From: Octopus vulgaris
Lineage: Eukaryota
Assembly (NCBI GenBank): GCA_951406725.2
Contig: OX597815.1
Location: 92,938,001-93,002,000, forward strand
Direction: 5' to 3'
DNA length: 64,000 nucleotides
Positions within the stretch are counted from its first letter, which is position 1. The number at the start of each line of letters is the position of its first letter. The notes beneath the pieces are model-generated. The model searched no databases and was not told the DNA's origin. It saw only the letters and a program-made list of their open reading frames with translations. The position numbers and the translations under genes were made by a program. This document shows, in pieces, positions 1-12,809 of this stretch.

Positions 1-39
1 TATATCTGTCTGACTATGTATGTATGTGTATGTATATAT

Positions 40-90
<51 letters not shown>

Positions 91-120
91 TAGATAGATA
101 GATACTCATACACACATGTG
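1..120. repeat. Compound microsatellite (TATG)n/(TA)n/(TAGA)n
   Basis: Directly visible simple repeats. Confidence 0.95.
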
Positions 121-900
121 TGCATCATCAGCACAGCAATTATCCTACCTTATATTCAGCAGATGAGATACCAGCCAAATACAAAAAAGAGTAGAACACA
201 TTTATGGCCAAAGTAATTTGCATAAATGAGATGAAAATGTGATAAGAGAAGTAACTCACAGTGGCCAGTGACATGCATTTGAGCAACAAAGATGAATAAG
301 GGTATATCAAATAACATACAAAATTAGTTCTTGATTTATTCAAACTATCTCTACTTCCAGAAAGTGTAGACCAATTCCGAATGTAAAGAGGATTCTCATG
401 AATGAAGAATTCTCCAAACTTGATATGTAATTAAGGACAAGACAGTTAGATTGTCTGAAAACAATACACTGTATAAAGCAGCTAGTGATAGGAAGGGCAT
501 CCAGGCATGGAAACCAAGCTAAAATGAAGTTTATGTGCACTTATCTATGAGAACAATTGGTCCCAATATGTACTGAGTCAGATTATGATCACCTGTCAAA
601 CCCATGCCAACATGGAAAGCAGATATATAATTATTATTATTATTATTATTATTGAGTGAGAGAGTGGTGCATGCCATCAGAGTGACACCGGGGTAAAATA
701 TATGAAGCCCAGTATACCCATCATGGCTACCCGTCTGATATGGGTACACCAGGCACATGCATCACTACCATATGTGCGTGACATGGAGATCTCATATCAA
801 GATAAACAGTGCATGATCTTGCAGGTGGGGCCCAGCTACAATTTTCTTCTGGTTGAGTAACCCATCCCACTCAAAACACACACATACACACACACACACA

Positions 901-956
<56 letters not shown>

Positions 957-961
957 AAGGA

Positions 962-1078
962 ATTAGTCAGCCTGAGAGCTATGGTAGTTGACACTTGCAA
1001 AAGGTGCTGTGTAGTAAAACTGAAAATGAAACCCCATGATTGGCAAACTAGTTTATTAACCACATAGCCTTGCCTATA
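962..1078 (-). mobile_element. Decayed tRNA-derived SINE head
   Basis: Reverse complement (ggcaaggctatgtggttaa...cagcaccttttgcaagtgtc...catagctctcagg) resembles the SINE heads at 42281, 53730-54100 and 61527. Confidence 0.6.
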
Positions 1079-1458
1079 TCATCATCATCATCATCATCAC
1101 CATTTAACGTCTGCCTTCCATGCCGTATATATGCCATATACGACTATGAGGATTTGCATTCCCAACGAAACTCGTCTTTTTCCCAAACTTCTTCTCAAAC
1201 CTGCTATAATGTAATACATGTCTTTGGTGTGGTAATTGTATGCGGTTGAAGAAGGCTATGGACATACATGTTACATCAATTATGCATTGATATAAATTGT
1301 CCAATAAAGCCAGAAACATATGTACCGCTAAATCCTTTGCATCCTGTTTTTCTTTTGATAAATATACCCTATCACTTACACCACTAACTGGCATATACAG
1401 GTGCTTACAGTTATCAAGTATTCACCCTGAATTTTTTGTGTATATATATATATATATA

Positions 1459-1890
1459 ATTTCAACAATTGAGGGTAAAATTAATTAATTATTAATCAAT
1501 TTCACCAAGTATTCAGTATGTAAAGGGACCATTTAAGGCGAATTCAAAATATTACATTTTATAAAGGGCTTAGTAAAATAAATTACTTTGCCACATACTG
1601 AACTCATTAGAAATAGCAGCCAAAAAAAAAAAATTTTTTTAGCCAAATTCTAATACTTAAAGAAAATTTCTCTCAGATAGTGCTTACTCAAAATAGCCCA
1701 CGAAGGTATGGGGGTAAAAACATTAAAAAATCACATATGCAAAGGTTATTTGAGAACGTACGTTTCTAGATCAGCCAAATACAATTCGGCATTTCTTTCG
1801 TCAGCCCAAAATTCCTTAATTCGGATTTGTAAACACTGAAAGTAGGAGCATACCCTTTTGGCGACTTTTCACCTCCGAAGATCCGTTCGG
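1459..1890 (-). mobile_element. Short HHR-bearing element (Penelope pseudo-LTR-like) between (TA)n tracts
   Basis: Bounded by (TA)n on both sides and contains a hammerhead motif at 1749-1810. Confidence 0.55.
1749..1810 (-). ncRNA. Type I hammerhead ribozyme motif (CUGACGA core)
   Basis: Minus strand reads tttggg CTGACGA a aga-aat-gccgaat-tgt-atttggc-tga-tct a GAA ACGT A cgtt ctcaaa. Stem II has an internal loop, stem III is the palindrome ACGT, the cleavage triplet is GUA, and stem I pairs only with a bulge. Confidence 0.6.
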
Positions 1891-2226
1891 ATATATATAT
1901 ATCCTTTCAAGGATTATTTTTTTTTAAAAAAAGAACACTAACACTCAATCCAATCCTTTTTCTAACCATAACCTATAAAGTAATGACGGAAAAATGAAAG
2001 TAAACAGATAAGGGAGTGTTTTCAGTAGTGGGTTCCATTACGTAATAAACATAGGAAGGACTGTTTTACGGTAAACAACATAGTCACACAAAGGAGCAGA
2101 GGCCTGTGATGAGGTCATGACGAATGCAAAAGAAACAGGAATGGTGTCATGATAGGCATGTTCCCTATTTGTTCAAAGCTAATAACTGATAGACACATAT
2201 GTACACACCCATGTGTATGTGCGTAC

Positions 2227-2229
<3 letters not shown>

Positions 2230-2257
<28 letters not shown>

Positions 2258-2311
2258 TGTATGTATGTATGTATGTATGTATGTATGTATGTATGTATGT
2301 ATGTATGTATG

Positions 2312-2375
<64 letters not shown>
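2230..2375. repeat. (TATG)n(TATC)n microsatellite
   Basis: Directly visible; source of the spurious MYVC/YLSI ORFs. Confidence 0.97.
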
Positions 2376-2376
<1 letters not shown>

Positions 2377-2470
2377 CCTTCTTCCCTTCTTTCCTGAGCG
2401 CCCAATAATACTTTATTTGTTCCATATCCTCGCGTTGTTGTCTTTTTGTTTTCTTGTTTGGATTAACTTT
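2376..2470 (+). mobile_element. Truncated end of the pseudo-LTR-like family also present at 28556-29030
   Basis: cttcccttctttcctgagcgcccaataatac...ggattaacttt is the reverse complement of 28556-28595 joined to 28863-28915, and ends in (TA)n. Confidence 0.75.
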
Positions 2471-2479
2471 ATATATATA

Positions 2480-3325
2480 CTAGCAGAATTGCCCGGCGTT
2501 GCTCGGGGCTGAATTGCTTGAAAGTACTGTTAATGATTGCACTGAATTATGATGATTATTCAGGCAAATATTGAAATAAGCTTACGGTGGGAAGTAAGGA
2601 CTTAACGCCAAACGTGTGCCATTGCATTGTTTTGGGGGAACCAAATTTCTGATGAGCATTATAGGGGCACTAACTTTAAGTTTGAGAAAGTGTGGTGGTA
2701 GTCCGGGGTGCTCAAAGCAATTGAGTACCTCTATTGGATAGTTGATGACGTCCTCTGGGTCAGGAGTTGTATCGATAGACTGATATACATCGACTTCCCC
2801 AGGAATGAGTTTTAGCATTTCATCATTAATATGGTGAACAGTTTTATTCCTCGGGGCCAGTATAGCCTTTTTGCCAATCCAATCCATATTCTGATAATTA
2901 GCTTGTAAATCTGGGAACACTGCATCTCTGAGATCAGAAGGCGTCTTAACAATGGTACAAATGGAATCGATGGCAATATTACCATTTTCATCCCCTGGTA
3001 TTTTGCCTTCGCCAAGTGCAAGGAGGGTGTGAGGAAATGCTGGTGATGTGATATTACGTCGCATATGAGCACGCATATTGGTGTGAAGTTTGAGAGTTAC
3101 TTCCGTTTATTTTAAAAAATATGCATTAAAATGGAAAAAAATGATGGTAAATTATTTGTAAAATCATAGACTCATCGTAGACGCGCGCTAATACCCAGAA
3201 GGGCTCGATATGAATCACGACTATAAGATACCCGGTTTTGGTTAAACTGCATCGCAAAATGTGGGAGTAGTTAGGAATCTAAATCGGAGTAGACTGACAC
3301 ACAACCTTTCTTTTATATATAAATA
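2480..3325 (-). mobile_element. Non-autonomous Helitron with a PIF1 helicase fragment
   Basis: Minus-strand 3' end is cccgagcaacgccggg (hairpin) then ...gCTAG|t. The 5' end is T(A)TTTATATATAAAAG. The internal helicase fragment is in sense orientation. Confidence 0.9.
2582..3098 (-). pseudogene. Helitron RepHel PIF1-family helicase fragment
   Basis: Motifs TLKLHTNMR, AILAPRN, YPIEVLN..GLPPH.LKLKV.APIMLIRNL...CNGTRL are typical of Helitron PIF1 helicases; truncated at both ends. Confidence 0.92.
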
Positions 3326-3984
3326 CATACATACACACACACATACATACACACACACAAACATACATGCATACATACATATACACATAAACCGAGTAAA
3401 AAATTTCAGTTATCTCTCTCTTTCACACATTACTCTCTGTCTCTTCACACACACTAACAGAAGCACTTCACTTACACAACATACTGTCTGTCTCCCACAC
3501 TCCATCAAACACACACACACACACATGTACATCAATGAGTCCCATGCACGGTAACTTCAAAGGAACTTCCCTCGTCATACAATCGCTTTCTCTTAGTCTC
3601 TTTCGCTCTCATTACTTATGTAAAAAAATAAAAGTTTTTTCTATGTGTGTATACAAGGAAGTGGGAGGCAGAGTGAAAGAATCACTCACTACAGTAAGTG
3701 AATTACTTTCATTTTATTCCTTGCCCACTGTGTGTGTGCGTTTGCGTGTGCTGTAAACCAGACTAAGAAAAGCATTTGACACACACACCAGAATGTGAGT
3801 TTTCTGTAAATTTTGCTTAATTGGAGTTTAAATTTTAAAAACTGGACCTGGCATGACGCGATGCATTGTACTCTCAAAACTGCTAGGTAAATTGTAATTG
3901 AAGAAATCCTATATTGTAGATTTGTATAACTCCCAAAGGGAGGCAGATAAAATCTGCCTTTTATAATAAGAGATATATATATAT

Positions 3985-4190
3985 TTTGCTTTGGGATTTG
4001 GTTTGCAAGATTCTTTATGTGAGTTCGTGTGTTGAAGCATATTCTGTTGTGTCTGGGGTGAGTCATTTTCTTTTTGTGCCTTATAATTTAACACATGCAC
4101 CGGCAAAATTTCCATTTATTTCTTATTTTTATTTCCCCCAAAAGTTTCGTTGCTTCTTGCAGCCTTTTCAATAGTTTTGACTCTGTCCGT
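3985..4190 (-). mobile_element. Short HHR-bearing repeat, same family as 19138-19340
   Basis: Shares tttggtttgcaagattcttt...gtgtgttgaagcatatt...ttgcttcttgca with 19138-19340 and abuts (TA)n. Confidence 0.8.
4138..4174 (-). ncRNA. Minimal hammerhead motif with U3-A8 core (UUGAAAA), partly decayed
   Basis: Minus strand reads cta TTGAAAA g gctgc aagaa gcaac GAA ACTT T tgg, with one mismatch each in stems II and III. Confidence 0.55.
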
Positions 4191-4225
4191 TATTTACATT
4201 ACGTTTCCTTTTGTTTGTTTGTGCA

Positions 4226-4805
4226 CATGTGTGTGTGTGCCTATGAATGTATGTATGTATGTATGTATGTATGTATGTATGTATGTATCTATGTATGTAT
4301 GTATGTATGCGTGTGTATGTATGTATATATGTGTGTGTATGCATATGTATATATGTATGTATGTGTGTGCATTTGTATGTATGTATTCTGCTTAATTCAT
4401 GTACTAGCGTGTCCATGTTTGTGTTTTTTTTAATATATGTGTGTGTATGTGTGCGCATGTGTTTATATATGTATGCATCTCTGTCTCCTTGTGTGTGCAT
4501 GTCAGAGTGTGTGGGCGTGTGTATTTTGCAACTATGTACTGTGTTTGTATGTATGGATGTGCATCTCCATATGTGTGGATGCATGTCTCCATATGTGTCC
4601 TTGTGTGGAGTAAAGTGTGTGTGTATTTATGGTTATGTGTTTCAGTCTCCATTTGCGTACGTGTGGTTGCCTGTTCATATAACCTATATACCTATCCGTT
4701 TGTGTGTTGATCTGTTTAATTTCATAACCATATACTTGCATATATGTGCATATACACATACATATATACACCCACCCATACACACATACATTCATCTATC
4801 TACAT
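4226..4805. repeat. Degenerate (TATG/TG)n low-complexity tract
   Basis: Directly visible. Confidence 0.9.
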
Positions 4806-4867
4806 AACAAACCACTCACTATTTTACTCTTCCTGTGTAAACTGTGGGTATGGGGGTATGATATCTG

Positions 4868-5575
4868 TTATGTATATTCACTATTTAATATTGGGGAAGT
4901 TTCATTTATAAGAACGTACTCCCGTATTTGTCTGAGTGTTGAGTCCTTTGGGTGCTTGGATAAGATGTGGATGTCAAGTTGACCCAGGTTGCATCCATGT
5001 TGGTCTTTAGCATGTTGGTAGAGTATGGAGGACTGTTTTTTGTTGTCATATTGTCTCAGATGTTCATTTAGTTGTTCCGCAATACTCCTAGATGTCTCCC
5101 CTATGTATGTCATGTTCATGTCTTTACAAGCACCTTCTATGCATCTTATGCTGTAAACTACATTTCTAGTTTTACAGTTAATGCCATCGCTAATCCTACA
5201 TACCATGCAGTTATCATTGGTGCATATGGTATTCTCAAAGGGGTACGTCCTACATAGTTGTGATCTGACAGAGTTCCCTAGCTTTTCAACAATCTTAATG
5301 TTGAGTTTGGTCTCCTTCAGAGCATTTCTACATCTATGGGCTAGTTCTCCATGGGCTGTGGCTTCTACAAACATCACTCCTTGATATTTGTCAATTTTGT
5401 ACCACGTGTTCGCCCTGTTTGCTTTGTCACAAGTTCTTTGTATCTAATTCCATTCTTTGTTTCTATATCTAGGGCAGGTACCACTGGTATCATTACATAT
5501 AATGTTACCTGATTTCTTTCTAGACCCCCCCTGTATACTCGAACCCTATCTTTCTGATCATATCCAGAGAACTGC
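4868..5575 (-). pseudogene. Penelope-like retroelement 3' part: RT C-terminus, Cys-rich linker and GIY-YIG endonuclease
   Basis: ORF 4868-5377 has C-x4-C-x2-C..NCKTRNVVYSIRC...TYIGETSRS...NEH...LYQH...H...RQIRE..LIN...P.LN. The upstream frame has QFSGY..KDR. Confidence 0.9.
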
Positions 5576-5579
5576 ATGT

Positions 5580-6243
5580 TTTGGGGTTGCAGCAAGCCAA
5601 TGGTGGTTCTGTGTGTTTACCATCTGATCCTGGTAGAAATTTTTCTCATCTGAGAAAAACCAAAACATGTTCAGTTGGAGGGGATGATTGAGTTTGTTCG
5701 AAAGTGTTGTAGTGCTGTCTTTCCTCTTGTCCTTGATGGCTTGGGATAAAAACTGGCCCTTTCTCATCTTGTATGAGGAATACCAAATGTCTTCATACTC
5801 TACCTGCCTGATAAGACATTCCTATGAACTTGATTGACTTGGAGGGATTGTTGTCAATCATGGCCTGGATCTCACCAACAAATTCAGGAGTTCTTTTCAT
5901 ATCAGAACGATCAGAGTGAATTTTCAATTTTCTTGAGCTGCTGTACCTTTGTAATCACCATTAGACTCATCCAACTCTTTCTGAATCCGCTGCACTATCC
6001 TCACTTTCACACCCAAACACTCTGAAATGATCGTATTGGAGCTTCTAGCATGAATGCCAAGCAGTACAGCATGTCATTTTCAAATTTCTGGCAGAGTGAA
6101 TTGCATCATGGTGCTGTTTTTCTCAAGGACAGTGTCCAACTGTCCCTACTATACTGTGCAGTGGACAAAATCAAAAACAAACAATGCACATGTGCAAAAT
6201 TAAATATATATAATGGTAACAATTTACCCATTGCACTCTGTAT
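5580..6243 (-). mobile_element. Tc1/mariner-superfamily (DD37D/maT-like) transposon, 5' half
   Basis: FWFFSDEKNFYQDQMVNTQNHHWLA covers the first catalytic D. The terminus aatttacccattgcactctg|ta matches 38147-38168. Confidence 0.85.
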
Positions 6244-7939
6244 GGATGATATATATAACCATGCACACATACACACACACACGCACATGCATACATATGT
6301 GTCACCAATTATTTTTTTCTTTCTTCTGAGCTACATCTTATGACTGCCTTACCTCATTCTTAACCTCCTCTTATATCTGCCATTGACCTCCTCTTAGCAA
6401 CTCATTACAAACACTCCTAAGCATCTTTGATCTCCATCTCTGTCACTGTATCTCTCTCCCTCTCTCTCTTTCAGTCTCACTCTTCCTCACACTCATCCTT
6501 TATCCATCTCCTACCCTCACATCATCTACATATTTTGTATTTATCTTTCCATACTGCCACTTATTAGCTCCTCCTTCCTTGGTCTCCTGTTTCTTATCAC
6601 ATTTTCCACTGGTACTATTTCTTATCACCTCCACCCCTGAAACTTATATTTACCAATGATCACATCTCCAGCCTTGTTCTCCATTCATTTACATCACCCT
6701 CCATTTATAATGGTATATCACTCTCCTCTCACCCTTCTTGACCTGTCACTATTCTCTCTTCTGCTCACCTGCATATACATAGAGGGTATGCACTGAACAC
6801 ATCTTCACTCTCTTTGTCTTCTCTCTTTCCAGTTATTGCATACAAGCTTACATAATGCAACATAGCCATGTACCTCCACTAAAGCAAAATACCTGTTCTT
6901 GTTCCTCTATCATACTCTAGCCTCTCAACACCTAGCATAAAGTCACCTCCCTCTCTACCACACCCTTACTCAGCTATTTTTTGTCTTATGAGTTATTTAG
7001 CAACTGGAAGTGGAATTAAGAAAAAAAGAAACAGACAAGCAATGTAAGTGGCCCAGGGGTATGAAAACACTAACCTCAAACGATAACAAACTTTGGCTCT
7101 TATTTCTAATTAACTCCCAAATTATATCAACAAATATAAACAATGTTTTCAGAATTTGTTTGTTGATACTCCCAGCTTTCTTCTACAACACCAAACTTAA
7201 GAAGTCTGCTGGTAAACACGATCCAAACATTATTGTCAACATTGATCCGTGTTGGATGAACCGCTTATCTAAAATCATTTAAAAAGGCTGAAGGTATTGT
7301 AACATCTCTCATTAAGACCCTTGTCAGCCACTTATTGGTTATCTATTTAAAGCCATATATGGCTATGGTATATCCACGATTACAGTGTGCCTCTAGTCTA
7401 GTGTGCCATCTTATTCCCAATATTGATTTATAAGAAGCTGTCCAGAGATGTGCAATGAGACAAATAGTCACTGTCTTGAATGTTTTGCTCATCAGGGCAT
7501 CAAATCTTTACACTAAAGGTTTGACATCTAGAAGCTGTTTTGGCACAAACCCATAAGTTTAGCCACTATCTTTCCAATACTGAATTCAGTCATGATTTGA
7601 GTTCAATACCTCACTCATGCATATGTTTATAAAAGAAAAGGAAAAAAAGAACCCCAGAACCCATGACTTTTGGAAATAATTTTTTTCATGCTTAGAATTG
7701 TCAGAACACTTCATGCTTCTAGTAATTTGCGAACACTTCACTCTTTTTGTTTTGTGGTTCCTTTGCTGCTTACTTTTCTGCCCTCTTGTGTACTATACAT
7801 GAATTTTTCACTACCATTGCTATCATTTTTTAAACCTGACTTGCTGCTGTCTGTTCCTCTTTTACCCTCTTCCAATGAGTTGTAGTGCATTTGAGCACTG
7901 TATACACTCTAAGCTCATTGTTGTTTTCCATATCTTTAT

Positions 7940-8030
7940 TTGATTCTAGTTGTTAAGATTGTTATTAACATCACTCAAATTAATATTGATTCTAGTTGTT
8001 AAGATTGTTATTAACATCACTCAAATTAAT
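7940..8030 (+). repeat. Perfect tandem duplication of ~45 bp
   Basis: ttgattctagttgttaagattgttattaacatcactcaaattaat occurs twice in tandem. Confidence 0.95.
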
Positions 8031-8319
8031 CACTTCCCATGGATTGTAGGATTTAAATTTGTTGTATACAGAGAGTTTTGAGAAACATTTTTTTAAATGC
8101 TGGTGTTATCTTCCCTGATTACATTTTCCTTGTAACAAGTTTTATCATAGGATCTATTTTCATCCATCCTTAAGTACCTGTGTAACCTTCCTCATCCAAT
8201 AGTTGAGAAATAGCCAGGATGTTGATAGAAATGTTGTTAGACAGGCTTGTAGTCCTTTCTCATTTTACAATTATGTAAAGACATTTATCAAGGCCAAGCT
8301 ACATCCCTATATCCCTTGA

Positions 8320-8500
8320 GTATGTATGTATGTATGTACGTGTGTATGTATGTATGTATGGATGGATGGATGGATGGATGGATGGATGGGTGGATGGATG
8401 GATGGATGGATGGATGGATGGATGGATGGATGATGAATGAATGGATGGATGAATGAACAAATGTGTGTGTTTGTGTGTGTGTGCATGAGTGTATGTGTGA
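8320..8500. repeat. (TATG)n(TGGA)n(TG)n microsatellite
   Basis: Directly visible. Confidence 0.95.
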
Positions 8501-9794
8501 GCCCAGCACACTAAGCTTCTTGAGTTGATTTATATCAGACAAATAATTAATGTATACTGTTAATTATGTATGGCATTGTCCTATTATCAATGTCTTTCAA
8601 AGCTAATAATATTTGTAGCAGCTAGGGCTTATGCTTTTCTGCACTTAAAAGCACAAGTAGCACAAAGAAGATTCACTCAACAATCCCAGTTGTAATCTCT
8701 TTCTTGAAAAAGTCTGAGAGAAACTAGCATCATCAGTTCAATCAATCCTATTACTTTACTTTATTGATCTTGAATAGATGAAAAGGGAAATTGATCTTAT
8801 CCAGATTTGAACTGAGATTGTAAAGGCTAGAATTAAATACTGCTGTAATGATTCAGCTAATTTGCCGTCAACTCTAATTTAACAGACTCTTTGTTTGGGA
8901 TATAGTGGCCTTGTGATGGGTGGTGTAATGTTGGGGGTAAACTATGAGCAAAGTCAAATCTTTAATCCAGAATGACTCCACTCCCTTTCTATAAACCTCA
9001 TAAATTTATCTCTAATTCTCTTAAGAAAGGATAATAGTACAGACCCCGTTTTGAGTCAATCATATTATATACATGTTTGCTTCAACTGCTTGAAATAACA
9101 GACAAGTTTTCCACAAATTACATGCCACTTTCTAAAAAGGAAAAGAATATTTTAGACAATGTGGACAAAGAAAGGATGTATGTTGCCTGAATAAAAGAAG
9201 GGACGGTCATGGCAGGAATGCTATTCATCATATGTCTGCTCTGTCCAAGGACTAAATAACAACAGCAACAACCAACTGCATAAACTCCTCTTTCTATTTC
9301 TTCATAATTGTAATTGTAAGAGAAATCAGATATACTAGGCCTCAACTCTACTGATGACATTCAATTGTACCCTTCATGCTTCCATTTTACAGCAGACTTA
9401 GCTTGTGAGGGAGAGTTCAATGTCTATAAGAATCACATAGCTAACTACTGAGAAACACTGTTCTCAGCCATGTTATAAATGTCATGTAAGAGTATGGTAC
9501 GGATGCAAGAATACCTTGTAATTTTAGACATGCTGAAGAATTATAGAAATTCTTTCTCTTGTTCAGAAATAATTTGTATTTCTCACAAATGTGTGTTTAC
9601 TAGAGAGCTATAATAACAACTTAATAGCTATTGTATTTCTTGTGTTCTATCACACACGAACATCTTGTTAGCTGCAGTCTATAATGTCACTTGTTCCACC
9701 TACAAGTTGATTGTACTTACAGATTACACAAAATATCGGCAAGAGTACATACACTAAACATGTTGCCATAAAACTGCATATATATATATATATA

Positions 9795-10240
9795 TTGGGT
9801 CATCCCATAAATAATGCAGTTTTTTTCAAAATTAAGATAAATTTTTCAAAATTAAGACAAAGTTCTTTTTTAATCTAAAATATACTCTCCTTCATTTTGT
9901 ACAATGCTCTTCCATCTATCTGGTATACTTGCAAGGCCCCTCTTCCAAAGTTCACTTGTCTGTGATGAAAAGTATTCTTCCAGTATGGTTCTGACCTCGT
10001 CTACAAAATTCATATTTTTTCTGACAAATAATTTTGAAGGCTGTGGAATAAATGATAACCAGATGGGGCAATGTCCAGAAAATATGGTGAGTAGGGCATT
10101 GTTTCCCGTTCAAACTGCTTCAATCTTTGGAATGGCATTCTTGCAGTATGTGGCCAAGCATTATCCTGATGGAAGAACACCTTTCGTCTTGGAACCAAAG
10201 ATGGCCATTTTTCTTCTAGAACTGACTTAAGTCGCTCAAG
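9795..10240 (-). mobile_element. Mariner (DD34D) transposon 3' fragment with TIR
   Basis: FFHQDNAWPH...PYSPYFLDIAPSGYHLFHSLQN matches the HDNARPH and YSPDLAPSDY motifs. TIR ttgggtcatcccataaataatgc follows TA; same family as 48262-48481. Confidence 0.9.
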
Positions 10241-10261
10241 CTGCTAGCAGATCAACTATCA

Positions 10262-11020
10262 AAGAAGTTGTTAAACTAAAATAGAAAATGAAGAAAACAC
10301 TACATTTAGAAAACTGGTCATTGCATTTTGATGGTAAACGTATTGATGACCAAGAATACCAAGTGCTAGTTTTAAAGAATGAACAGTGAGAAGTTAAGTT
10401 AGAAGCACTCCAATCACTAAATGGAAAAGCTGATACTGTTGTGAAAGGAATAACAGCTGTTTTAGATGAATACAATTTATGGAACTGTGTAAAGATGATT
10501 GTTGCTGATATGAGTGTGAACACTGGGAAAAGAAATGTGAAAAAATTACTGAATTGGCAGGATGGTGAGATTACACGAAATTTCTATTTCATTTGGAGTT
10601 TTTCCTTTCTTTGAAGAAACCGACAAATTTCCTACTGTAAAGTTTAAAAAAATACCTAACTTAAGTAATGCAAGATGGATTTCTCAAGCAATACTAGCTC
10701 TTTTGGCAGTTAATCTTCTACTAGAGAAAAGAGTTTTGCTTCTCAATGTTTGTCAATTCATCTCTTACAGTTGGGCAGATTTCTTATTTAATGACCAAAT
10801 GTTCAATGCACATGATTATTAGAAGTTATGTGGTAGCCTGCAAGTTCATAAAAAATCATTGAACTCTGTAAAAGACTTTTTGAGTTGAGAACCATCAAAA
10901 CTGGTAATTCCCAGAACAAATCAGAGTGCAGAACAGGCAATCAAGTGCCTTCAAGACCTTTATGATGTTTATAAAAGAAAGAGAAATTTCAGCTTTGATT
11001 TATTTTATCTAACAAAATAT
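10262..11020 (+). pseudogene. Decayed DDE transposase, hATm-like
   Basis: Broken frames give WSLHFDGKRID...GKADTVVKGI...IVAD.SVNTGKRN, SNARWIS and RTNQSAEQAIK, resembling hATm motifs HWDGK / DTTxxNTG / ARW / NDxAER. Confidence 0.65.
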
Positions 11021-12265
11021 TAATTCTTTGTTATGTTTAAAAAATTGCTAACATTCAGCAACCTTTTTCTGATACAGTTATTTAAAATTGGAATTAAACC
11101 TATAAAGTACTCATTATTTAAACAATATTTTTCTCTATGAAAATTATTGTGATTATTATTAACATTGTCTTTATTTTTATTTCTATTTTTATCAAGATAA
11201 ATATTATCGGGATCATTTACATTATTATCTTTTATATTATTTTTAAACATCTATTATTATTATAGAATCTAATACTATCCTTATATCTTGTCTTAGTTAA
11301 TGCTTCATTATAATAAGGTGCATGTTTTAGGAAGCTCTCATAATTCAATGAAAGCATCAAAGTTCTATTTCCTATATTATCTATCAATGATTTCTTAATT
11401 GAAGCGGGGTGATTACTGTAGGCATTTATATATTTCAGGTTTTCGTTAATTTTATGGAATGGTTGGGTTATACCTGTTAAAATATTAATATTAGCATATA
11501 AAAAATTAACATTATAATTCTCTTCATATATAGTAATACCTAAAACATATCTATTAAAGAACCTATATAATTTCTTTTTATATATTTCAAGTGTTCTATT
11601 TGTGCAGTTTTTGGTTATTAGTAATAGGTCATCTCTGTATAATCCACCTTCTAAGTTTCTTGACTGGCTTCCGTACTGGTGGCACGTAAAAAGCACCAAT
11701 CCGATCGTGGCCGTTGCCAACCTTGCCTGGCATCTGTGCCGGCGGCATGTAAAAAGCACCCACTACACTCACAGAATGGTTGGCATTAGGAAGGGCATCC
11801 AGCTGTAGAAATACTGCCAGAACAGACTGGAGCCTGGTGCAGCCTTCTGGCTTCCCAGATCCCCGGTCGAACCGTCCAACCCATGCTAGCATGGAGAACG
11901 GACGTTAAATGATGATGATGATGATGATGATGATGAAAATCTATTTGAATGAATTTATATTTATTTTAATTTTCAATATTATAAAACCATTCTAATGTGT
12001 CTTTAGTACTACCCCATAAATTTAAGTAATTCAGTTTATTTAATTTATTGATATATTTATCTAATATTATTTTATTCAATTTCCCTGGATCAGATTTGCA
12101 TGGGCAAATGAGTCTGACTTTTGGGTCTGCATAAAAATTATCTTTATGATCTTTTAATGTGATTCTTGGGTGCATAAGTACATAAGGTTCTGTTTCATTA
12201 TCTATTTTAGATTTCATCATTATTACTTTATAGGTCTTATTTAAATTATAAAGAGTATTCTATAT
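11021..12265 (-). pseudogene. Penelope-like reverse transcriptase relic, interrupted by an RTE tail
   Basis: RITLKDHKDNF..PKVRLICPCKSD.GKLNKIILD, FIQID, then GGLYRDDLL, VNFL, YINAYSNHP, YNEAL...Y. Confidence 0.9.
11657..11935 (+). mobile_element. RTE LINE 3' UTR fragment with (GAT)n tail
   Basis: ggcacgtaaaaagcacc...ggcattaggaagggcatccagctgtagaa...cccatgctagcatgga...(gat)n, as at the end of the RTE at 14160-15249. Confidence 0.9.
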
Positions 12266-12641
12266 ACTTTCATTAAAGAGAGAAGTAGCCTGCTCCTTTT
12301 CAGAGCTTAACTACTTCTTGTTAGATGTACTCTACCCATGCATGAGCATGTAAGTAGCATTTGAGTCTTGACACCTGTTTGAAATTTGCACCTAAAGTGA
12401 CAGAATTGCTTGTCTTGTCTGATTTGTGGATATTTTAATAGCTTTTAAGAGCAGTGGGGGTCTTACACATCTTACTACAAATGCGGCATATGAATGTTTA
12501 CTAGAATAAACTTTGTACAAAACAATATCCATTACATTCTGGTGATCTTGTGAAAAAATGAACTGCACAGCTTGAAGATTATGAATTGAACACACAATGC
12601 TTCTAATCTTCTAACCAACATACAAACCATTATACATACAT

Positions 12642-12790
12642 AGTGGTTGGCGTTAGGAAGGGCATCCAGCCGTAGAAACACTGCCAGATTTGACTGGGCC
12701 TGATGAAGCCTTCTGGCTTCACAGACCCCAGTAGAACCGTCCAACCCATGCTAGCATGGAAAGCGGACGCTAAACGATGATGATGATGAT
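12642..12790 (+). mobile_element. Young RTE 3' tail
   Basis: Nearly identical to 15096-15249 and to 19512-19635 (minus strand). Confidence 0.9.
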
Positions 12791-12809
12791 ATATATATAT
12801 ATATATATG

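Noticed and set aside
1104-1394. 96-aa minus-strand ORF in non-repetitive-looking DNA
   Set aside because: No recognisable motif, no convincing splice sites, and its end runs into an RTE tail.
2101-2130. gtgatgaggtcatgacgaa resembling an HHR core
   Set aside because: G3 opposite G8 cannot pair, GAAA is incomplete, and there are no closing stems.
2149-4807. ORFs rich in MYVC/YLSI/HTHT, here and at 17128-18700, 21353-21880, 47818-48182, 56380-57151
   Set aside because: Translations of microsatellites and low-complexity DNA, not genes.
12696-12745. CTGATGA followed by the hairpin agcc-ttct-ggct in young RTE tails (also 15150, 19590)
   Set aside because: No GAAA after the hairpin and no stem III or I; other RTE tails have ctggtgca at this position, so it is not a hammerhead.
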